From contig NC_134026.1 of the NCBI RefSeq assembly GCF_964204645.1, positions 8,021,950 through 8,085,949 of the forward strand: 64,000 bases of DNA, read 5' to 3'. The notes under the pieces were generated by a model that was not told the DNA's origin, ran no database searches, and saw only the letters and a program-made list of their open reading frames with translations. Shown here in pieces: positions 54,005 through 64,000 of this stretch. The stretch is from Tubulanus polymorphus (Eukaryota > Animalia > Nemertea). Numbering within the stretch: position 1 is the stretch's first letter; each line of letters starts with the position of its first letter. The translations under genes were made by a program, and so were the position numbers.

Positions 54005-54656
54005 ATTACATCGCCCAGCCCCAGAACCTCTTGGGCGGACAGTATACGTAGGTTCCCGCTCAGCGCCCACCAGTCTATTATCTAACCAGTAGTCGTTTTT
54101 TACCGGCACGCTCCGTTTGCTTTATCAAGTGTACCACGCATCTGATTAGACTGGTAAGTGCTGAGCGCCTGTCTGCCCAAGAAAGTATTGGATGTATTAG
54201 ACCAATGAAGGGTTTGCGGCCAGTAATGGCGGTTGCTCCGGCGGGCGGCAATCAAAACCTGCGGTCACGTAATGAACCATGTCTGACTTTTGAGGAGCGA
54301 CTGGCTTAAGTTTTTTAGTGAGGCCGGATGCAGGCCACACTCCTCCCTCCAACACGGGATCGGATTAGTTAAACTACTTTATGGGCGGTGAAGTTCGCAG
54401 TGGGTTGACTTCAAAACCACCCGCAACAGGCCACAAACACCATTTATCAGTCCATTATAGTGACCATACCGGTGATGAGGACGTCGACCAACTTCGCCTT
54501 CCGGCAACAGATTCATCGTAATTAAATCAACTAAGTTAAATAACTTTTTAAATATAAATAATATATGTTGAACAGAAACATTCGGTTTATTTATACAAAA
54601 ATATAACTAGACGGCACAGCAGAGAGATCGGTTCATTTAAATACCACTAGGCGGCG

Positions 54657-56783
54657 TTACTCTCGTTTGTCGATGTCAGCCTCATTAATAGTTGTCGGTA
54701 TGTCGACTGTATGCAGTAATAGATCCGGTTTTATCCTATAGATTGAGCTATTTTTCATACTTCCGTAACTATCATCTAAGCCGAGACTTGGAATGAGCGG
54801 AATGTGAGGCTCGAGCCTCGAACTGGTGCTGCTCTCGTCTGGTGAGTGAAACTGCGCGCCGGTTATATAGTCCCTTCTCGTGTTAGCAGAGAAACGTACT
54901 GTGGTATCACTACGCGAGGATCTACCGGACGTCGGGTTCCACATATTATTAGGTCTGGACGTTGGGTTCCAGGTGTTATTAGGTCTGGATTCCGGGTTCC
55001 ACGTGGAATTAGGTCTGGAGGTCGGGTTCCACATGGTATTAGGCCTGGACGCCGGGTTCCACATGGAACTAAGCCTGGACGCCGGGTTCCACGTGGAATT
55101 AGGTCGCCTGATTAGTTCAATGTGTTGAGATTTATCATTAGAATATTTCACCAGTATTTGATGATGTCGATGACTCTAAAAAAGAAAACATTTTACGAGT
55201 AAATTGATCTTGATTAGAAAAACATGGCACCCGTCGCGTTCGCCGTAAGTAATCATTAAAAATCATCGACTTTTTGCATCTGCTAAAAGGGAAATACACA
55301 CGAGTCGTTGCCCGGCAACTTCCCTCAAAATACACTCGGTCTAGCTGTAATAAAATTGTCTACTGAAATATTGACGTAAAACGCTATTTGTGATGTACGT
55401 ATGTGTGCATGCTGATCGAGACTTGAGATTTAAATTCACATCAGATACGAAACCCATCAGTAAATATGAATAGCGATTTATACCGCCACTAGAGGGCGTG
55501 CTTATCTCTTGATTTATCCGTTATTTGTCTAATTCAAAGTAAACAGCGATATAAACTACACCAGAAGCTGAAACACGTGATTTTATCTGCCTCGGGAGGC
55601 ACCTTCCTTACTCGTGATTCTATCTGTCCCAATGGACGACATGCGATGTATGGATGGCTGATTTAGTGAATAGAATGGCGACAGAAAATTACAATTTATT
55701 TCTTCCTTTTTTCTCGAGAAACAGAAATGATTTATGACAAGTTTCTTTCAATCATTTTAAACCCAACACCTCCAATTACCCAGTATATAGACGCCACTCA
55801 AGGATTCACAGCCCCTGGGCTCCGATATTTTGCAGGGCGGATCCGATGTTTCGGCGTCTGCCAAAAATAATAAGGTATGCACACATTTTTATGAATGCAA
55901 TTTTAATTGAAATGTAAAAAAAAGACTATATCGGGGAAAACACTATGCTCTACCTCTCTCTGCTCAAACATCAGGATCCGCCCTAATCATTGGGCCCTGG
56001 AATATAGCCCATAGGGCCGGGCTCGGGCGATACATACCGGTGAGGCCGGAGTTTTATAACTCGGTCTCGAATTGATGTTAACTTTTAGCCCCAATTTTTT
56101 CTTGACGCTTCTCCTGAAACTGCGATTCATAAACCAGTACAATAACGGGTTCAGGGCACTGTTGGAGTGTCCTAGTAACAGCGTAAACGGCAATACAGAT
56201 AATAACCCAACAGACGGGTTTATTCCAAACTCATAATCATGTAAATCAATACTCAATGATACGATGTTATACGGCATCCAACACACAGCGAATAGAATAG
56301 CCAAAAACATTAACATCCGGGACACTTTACGCCGACCCCGCATTATCGACTTATTTTGTTCTTGAAGCGCTTTCGAATCCTGGCGGTGAAGACTTTCACT
56401 ACTTCCAGTCAATAGTTGACACCCGATTAGCGAGTACGACGCGGTAATTATTACTCCGGGAATAATATAAACACAGATTAATAATGAGATACTGTAGGCT
56501 CTACGTACTTCAGGGGACCACCATCTTTCTGTACAGAAGTCTATTGGTTCGGAGTAGAGCTCAGTGATTGCGGGAGTGGTCTCTGTTTGTCTGACCAACA
56601 TCAGCGGTAACATTATCGCTAGCGATATCAACCATAAAATCACGATAGCGATTTTAGCGTATTTCGATTTACTGACGCGACGAAACGTCATTGGATGTCT
56701 AATCGCCAGGAGGCGCTCCAAACTCATCACGCATAGTGTTGTTACACTGGCTGATACCGATACTCCTGCAAATATATATGACA

Positions 56784-56819
<36 letters not shown>

Positions 56820-59800
56820 CACATTGGAAAATAGTTGTATACAATTTTCAAATTCAATATTTGTCATACCCATTAGGCAAAGCCGGTACAAATATAAATC
56901 ACAGTAAGGTCACACAAAGAAATATACTAGTTTCTCATCAGTATTTTATTCTGGAAGGTGACGAGGGCGGGCGAATTTTATTTTCATTGCTTTTTGTTAA
57001 ATAAAAAAGATGATATAAAAAGCTCAACTAGAGACTAATTGAAGAGACTCGGGAGGGAAGTTTTTTACCAATGCCAAACAAACACCAGTAATGCAAGTAG
57101 AACATATGCAAAAAAAACTTTATTTACGTAGAATTAAGAAGCTCCCTAAACCCGAAACATAAAACTACGTACATCATCACATTTAATCGAAACTGAGATA
57201 ATCATTTTCGCGCTTACTCGAAATGAAGTAAGATGAAACGAACCTGGTGCTGTTGTTGTCACCGTAAAATATGGATTAGCAGTACGATGAAGGATGAGCA
57301 TATTAGCACATGCAGAAAAAAAAAACCACTGTCGTACACTATACAGGTATACGGGCAAGCGGGTTTTGATTTTTATTTAAAAAAACGATTGATTCTTTTC
57401 CATCGCGGGCTGGGGCATTTTATGGTGGCTGATAAGGGCCAAATACAATAATTTTCACTCGACCTCGATTATAGAAAAACACAAAACGAAACTTGTGGAG
57501 CAAAACGAACTTCATTTTTGCTTGGGCACAAAAACGAATTTTAACGCGCAAAAACGAAATATTTTAGAGCAAAAACGAAAATATTCGTTTTTGCTCTATG
57601 ATTTTTCGTTTTTGCGCCATAAAATTCGTTTTTGCACCTTAGCAAAACGAACTTTCGATTTTGCTACCCCGCAAAAACGAATATTTTGGTTTTTGCTAGG
57701 GCGCAAAAACGAATTTTATGGCGCAAAAACGAAAAATCATAGTGCAAAAAACGAATATTTTCGTTTTTGCGCTATAATATTTCGTTTTTGCGCGTTAGCA
57801 AAAACGAAGTTTTCGTTTTTGCTCGATAGATTTCGTTTTGCGTTTTTCTATAATCGAGGTCGTGTAAAAATTAATGCATTTGGCCCTTATCAGCCATAGC
57901 ATTAGGCTTTTTTACTTTTATTCCTGACACTTTTTATGACACTTACTGACACTTTTTACTTTTCTTGAGAAACGTATTTCTTTGTGTGGCCTAACTTACA
58001 ATACAATATAATACATATACCGGTACACAGTTACTGAAAGAATTATATATTATCAACCAGTGCCCTCTAGCGATCATTGTGTCACTGGTTAACATATTGA
58101 CCCCCTGATTACCCTCCTCCAGTTAACTACATTTCGAATCACTTTTCTGGCTGACTTAGTATTTCAACTGTCAGTTCATCAGTTCATGTAAGTCAGGATC
58201 AATTTAAAATGCAAATTAGTTTGAATCATTGATCAGCGGTTAATTACAACTCACACCGACTATGACAAGCGAGGATAGACTAGTGTTAGATGTTAAAACT
58301 TACACCGACACTGGTAAGTGAGGATAGACTAGTGTTGGATGTTGCGTGTCGCTGGATTTTGTCATAAAACAGGATGCACTTTGCCGCCACCTGCTGGTAG
58401 GGTGTGGCTGGATGTTGTCTGTCACCAGAGGTAGCTAGTGGTTGTACAAAGCATCAATAGTCCCCAGGGGAAGCCATTTTCTTACCTTGTAAATAAGCTG
58501 TAAATTTACACATTACGAAACCATAAATCCAAACTTTATAAATACTTTGTCCAACTGCCATAGGTATACATATACATGTTACTGAAATAGAAACAAACAA
58601 TACAGAACCTAACTGTTATTAGTTCTACTAGGGTCCTTGGGTGTCGGGGACATTGAACCCCCCAAACTAATCGATCCAGGAAACTTTTATATAATTTGTG
58701 AAATACATTTACACAGCCTAGGAACGGGTTTTATCGTCATATTCATTAAATTCCCGAATTTTCTGGTACTTCTGATGTCAACTCTTAATTGATGGACCTA
58801 ATTCTCCTTCTTGAAAAACTTTGATCTGAAACTCTGGTCAACACAAAATTGGGGAGAAGAGTCACCACACCACTGACTTGTCGACCTGTCCACACAGCCA
58901 GACAAACTGACAACGTCGGTCTATGGTCTAGTCGCTTCGCATGCCCGGGCTGACATGCTGGAGATGGCCGGTTCCAGCTAGGTTTAGTGTTACTCGCGAG
59001 CTAGCCAGCCTTATGGTGACGTAGGGTTTGGTTTATATTGATGACGATAGCATTTGGCGTACGGTTGGTTGAAGATGACTGTCTTTTGTAATAAATCGCT
59101 CCCATCTACCATCCTCGCTTGCCAGGGGTCTGGTATCGTTCCCCGAACTGGCGGAAGCGGCTTAAGCTCATAGTGAGTTCGAATCCCTTGACGGGTGAAG
59201 ATGATCTATACGGGCACCTGTCTGTGTGCCTGTTGCTTTTATGACGTCAAAATCGGTGGGGGTGTATAAATTCGCATCACGCTTTGGTAGTAATAAGTCC
59301 GGCCTGTGTTATGAGTTGACATAATTTATTTATTTCTACGCCGATCATATAGTACCAAATTGGTAAAACAAATTGCTGTCACCTATTAGGGACGGTTCAT
59401 ATTGAACAATCAAAATCGACCACTCTGAATATATCTGATTGAAAAGCCCACGTCAATTTGCAGGTTTTGACAAAATATTAGAATCTTAGGTTGAAAACTT
59501 CTTGAGAAATTGATGGTCGAAAACAAGGCAAACTCAACTTATAGATTTTCTTTGATTTAGTTTGTGTTTCGATTTCGGATCAAACAATAAAAATCGATCA
59601 CTAAAACATGATCGAAAAGTCCACGTAAAGAGGTTATGGTAAACTATCAGAATCTTAGGTGGTAAATTCTTTGCGAAGTCGGCGGTTGAAATAAGGGAAA
59701 TGTATCTGTATTTCGATATGAAAGCCTGACATTGTATTGACGTACGAAGCTTTGATGTAGCATTTTAGTTAAATGAAACCACATCGATGGAGAGAGAGGG

Positions 59801-62800
59801 GGGAGAGAGGGGATGAGAGATAAAGTTAATTTTGCGTAAATGACTTTCGTTTGATGTTTTTGAACCGGCTGTTACGCTGTGTGACTAGTCGCACGACGGT
59901 GGAACACTCATTTCGTTGTGGTCTTACTCATATTACATTATTCATATCTGCTCGAAATATATACGTGAAAAACAATATCTGATTGTATATGAAAATGAAT
60001 TGAAGGAATTGGGGTGTAACGCAGTAGTGAGAGGGGGACCTGAGGTAGGGGAGGGGTTTTAGTGTTATACACACAGATACTGTGACAAACAGTTCGACAC
60101 ACTCACTGCAGGAGCTGCTATAGTAGTTCAGACCCCGGAGCATAGTTACCCCGTAATCAGTGTATCATCTGCGTCTGTCTGTCACACACTGATACTAATT
60201 ACAGAGAGACAGACACTGGTAATAGGGGGTTAGATTAGGGATAAAAGATTGACCTCTATCACATCTGAGTTTATCATGCACCAATTCGACTACGCCATTT
60301 ATTTTTTTACCAGTATTTTCTTGTGAATATATCTTATAAAGAATGTCGACTGTTGCAGGGGTGAAGGTCACCACAACTAAACTCCTTCAGCTAGCAGAGA
60401 TAGATTGATCCCTGGCAGGCGAGGCGAGCTGGTGAGATGATCAGTGGTTATGAAGTTGATGTTTTATTCATACTCAATACGAAACCCCAACACTGATAAA
60501 TCACCATCGTTACCATAGCTACATCTCATTTTAGATTCGTAACCATGGTAACTCGGGTAACAATAACTGCACGCATATCCATAGTAACCAGCAGGCTGAC
60601 ACAGGTTTGTACAGGTGTTTTTAGTCTGTGTCTCACTCTCGATCGTTATTCAATATTCCGATATTTTATGGTCGCGTTTTGTGTCAGACGAATGTTTTTT
60701 TTTACCGTTGATACATTCTTTGTTCCTGCTGGGGGCAAATTTCCGAAACTTTCCTGAGCAGAATCAGTAGTCTCGCTTACCGCAGGATGCACTGCAGTGC
60801 CCGTTGGGCACAGACTACACTGCAGTGCCCTCGCTTACCGCAGGCTCAGTGTACTGGTTTAATCGGATTATAACCAGATGAATATTAAATCATAATTTCA
60901 CTTGCTCGCAGGTTTTAAAATGGGATTTGTTAGCTTTTTTTTACCCAGCACGGCTAGAACCGCGTGTTTGACTCGCTGCTAATAGAGAACAGGCAATGGG
61001 GTACCCGCAGTGCTACTGTGGCAATCGAATGGCAATTCCACGTATGGCAGGCTGGGAGCCGCCAGGTTTGCTAGAAAGTTTGTCATTTCTCGATCCTACA
61101 TTTCAATTAAATTTGAATGAACTTTTAGAAGTAGAAGTACGGAGAAGAATGAATATTTTGTGGGTGCTGTGATGATTTGGGAGTCATAAAAATCTAGTTC
61201 AAAATTCATTGAAAATGAAACGAATATGTCACTGCTAATAAGGACCAGGCATTTGAACAGCGAGTCAGGGGTCACTGCTATGCTAATAGTGAACAGGCAA
61301 TTGAACTGAATAGTTTACGTTGGTTTATTAGTTTTAGTTTGGATCAATAATAATGTATTGAATTGTCTATCATGTCTGATTGAGGGTTTTGTCTCTAGTC
61401 GTCATGAGTAATTCGGTTATTCGGAAATGCATCGATCAAAGTCTCACATGTAGTATATCAGTAACAACGACATTCTCAAAAAAGTCATCGAAACCGTTCA
61501 CAAAAAACTCATCAACGGCACAAACTGTTTTCGATGAACAGCACAACAAACGGTTTTGTTCAACGCGCATTAATACACGAAATCTGTCGAAACCACTTGA
61601 TTATTTATGCATCAAACAGCTGGCAATTAGTTAAACTAAATCCCCCCTCTCTCTCCGTCCCTCCCCTCTAGTCTGTCGGGATTCAGTATTTAAAATGAAG
61701 AAGTTATTATACCAGAGATTTTGATTGAATTGGACGGGTTCCATGTTTGAATTGGACGGGTTTCGTGATTCTCTTTGATAAATCCCTATTCAATATTCTT
61801 TTCATTGTATATTTTTCACGTAACAGCTTCCGAAGTAAACAATCGCAACCTAGCAAGCGAGTTCAGTTGAGTCACTGTACGAAAACAAGTTCAAATCAGT
61901 TTCACAGATGTTGGTGGAGAGGGGAGGACGAACGGGCGAGGGGGTTTAGGGGCGAGGCAAGGGGGTAAGGACCGAGAGTTCCAGGATCCAGTTAATATAC
62001 GCGTACAGATCAAATCTGAATCTAGGTTTAAAACATTGCAGAATGAACCGATCTTACTTTTGAGTCGGAATGTGTGAGAATGAATTGTTCTACCCACAAG
62101 TAAGAGCGGTGTGGGCGGCGGGTAACGTTCGACTCTGGGTAGCCAGGTCATTGGTTCGAACCCCGTACATTACGGTAAGTGTCCCGGGGCAAGACACTTA
62201 CCCTCGTCGCCTCTCTTGACCCAGGAGTAAATGGGTACCTGGCCTGATAGATGACTCACGAGCGCTTAGTAGCTGCTCGGATTTTACTCTTCCCAAAAGA
62301 GAGATAACTGATAAATGGGGGGGGGGGGATAAAACTAATTCGATGGCAAACGTCGTTGAACATAGTGAAAAAGAGCGCTATCGAAATTAAATTACTATTT
62401 TCTAGTTTTAGATTACTAATTTATTATCACAAGTTTGGAACTGTTTTTAGTACTGTGGAACTCGATTCACTAGTGTGGAACTGGGTCCAGAACTGTGAAC
62501 TGGATGCAGAACTGTGGGAAAGTGCTTTATTCTATCATAGTCTGATCAATCATTGAGATAACAATAAAATGTTTTTTTTTACTACGACTCGGGGTCACTT
62601 ACCTAACAAATCTGCTACCGCTAAATTCACCAGAAAAACATTCGTGACGTTTCTCATATTCTTCTTAGGAAGAACAACAATTAAAATGGTAAAATTCCCA
62701 AAAAACGCCATCACAAACAGCGGAATATAAACTGATATTAATACGATATTAGTCGGTTTAGTGTAGATGTACAAACGATCCCGAAATCCTTCCAGTAATA

Positions 62801-62894
62801 AATTGATTTGTAGTTGTTGATTTTGAGTTGTATTCAATGTTGAATTCATAGTAATTCCTGCAGTGTTTAATAAGTTGTACAAAGATAATTCCAT
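54657..62894 (-). CDS. Class A (rhodopsin-like) neuropeptide GPCR, orexin/QRFP/SIFamide-receptor-like
   Basis: Exon ~62602-62894 (GN..., MRNVTNVFLVNLAVADLL), exon ~58486-58582 (VWIYGFVMCKFTAYLQ), exon 56038-56766 (ERLLAIRHP, CWMPY, HSNSALNPLLY), and a probable tail exon 54657-55175. Without that last splice the CDS ends at 55987. Confidence 0.88.
57426..57896. mobile_element. Foldback-type non-autonomous element
   Basis: Long imperfect inverted arms tggctgataagggccaaat...cgacctcgattatagaaaaac / gtttttctataatcgaggtcg...atttggcccttatcagcca, with many internal caaaaacgaa units in both orientations. Confidence 0.8.
62104..62290 (+). mobile_element. tRNA-derived SINE fragment with CORE-like domain
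   Basis: B box ggttcgaaccc followed by gtgtccggggcaagacacttaccctc...gtaaatgggtacc, resembling the CORE (MIR) consensus. Confidence 0.65.
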
Positions 62895-63000
62895 GATTTC
62901 CGACGGTAGAGGGGAGAGAGAGAGTTCACTGGTATCACTGATCTCACCTCGCTACTGAATGACTAGCAGCTAACCGTATCGCGTCACTTTCACTCGCTTT

Positions 63001-63308
63001 CAGTGGACCACTTACATGCTGCCAGTGGACCAACCCTCTACCACTCACCACTCGTTTTGGTGGACCACTCACTAGCTGCCAGTGGACCAACCCTCTACCA
63101 CTCAGCACTCGTTGTGGAGGACCACTCACTCGCTGCCAGTGGATCCCCTTACCACTCACCACTCGTTGTGGTGGAACACTCACTTGCTGCCAGTGGGCCA
63201 ACCCCTAGACCACTCACCGCTCGTTGTGGTGGACCACTCACTCGCTGCCATGCTGCCAATCAACTAACCCTCTACCGCTCACCACTCGTTTTGGTGGACC
63301 ACTCACTT
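63001..63308. repeat. ~57-bp tandem repeat just upstream of the GPCR start codon
   Basis: gtggaccactcactcgctgccagtggaccaaccctctaccactcaccactcgtt, ~5.5 copies. Confidence 0.9.
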
Positions 63309-64000
63309 CAGGACTCAGTTAATCAATGGATCAGAATTCGAGAAAACTCAGCTTATATTAGGATGCAGTTTCACAGTTCTGGATCCAAGTCCATTGTTCA
63401 AGATGCTGCAACTGGAGCCAGAATTATGGAACTGGATCAAAAACTGTGAAAATGGGTTCTGAACTGTTGAACTCGATCCAGAACTGTGGAACTAGGTAGA
63501 GCACTGTGGAACATGTGGACGTACACGTTTTACTCTGCTGAGATCCTCCGTGAACGATTATTTATTGGTTGCAATAAATCTGTTTATTTTTCTGTTGCAA
63601 GTGAAAATGTTTTCCACAAATGGAAACCGACATCAATCGAACTCGTGTTTGCTGAGATAAATAGCTTTCATTGAAACCACGTGGTGCGTTTAATGCTTTA
63701 ATCTCAGTTACAATTAGCTTCGTGAAAATATCCACTGCCTCCCTTCAGTGTGCGCCGTGTGCGCTGTGTGTGCAGGATTATTGAAATGTGACGATAAAGA
63801 AAGCAAGAAAGAGAGCGATAGATTTTAACTTTCAATAAGAACACAGACATGTACGCCGTGCTGTGGGTAATTAAATCATATTAATTCAGTTATAAACGCG
63901 GTATCACTGGTAACTACTACTAATTCAATTCCAGTATTCAATAAGCACAGGGGGTGCCGTGATGAGGAGGGGGCTTGGTATGGTCTATATGAAGTCGGGT

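Overview
Gene-dense, intron-containing genomic DNA from an animal, probably a bilaterian invertebrate (the taxon cannot be fixed from the sequence alone). Host genes in order: ZNHIT3 (+), CWC27 (-), SREK1IP1 (+), AP-1/AP-2 beta-adaptin (-), a PH+PDZ-like adaptor (-), an unusual Tudor/MIF4G-like/SAM-like/CCHC protein (+), ANKRD53-like (-) and a class A neuropeptide GPCR (-). Introns are packed with minisatellites, MITEs and SINE fragments. The most striking feature is the first ~4.45 kb, an AT-rich, intron-less, decayed Polinton/Maverick (adintovirus-like) protein-primed DNA polymerase B gene. Its catalytic motif (YFD|TDA) is interrupted by a ~355-aa intein with a LAGLIDADG homing endonuclease that closely resembles giant-virus (Mimivirus-type) PolB inteins. 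Other highlights: an inverted pair of minimal hammerhead ribozymes (Penelope-like) in a ZNHIT3 intron, intronic tandem arrays built from splice-junction sequence, many CTCF-like motifs (some inside coding exons) and a probable repeat-containing GPCR tail exon. All family assignments come from reading motifs by eye; no searches were run.
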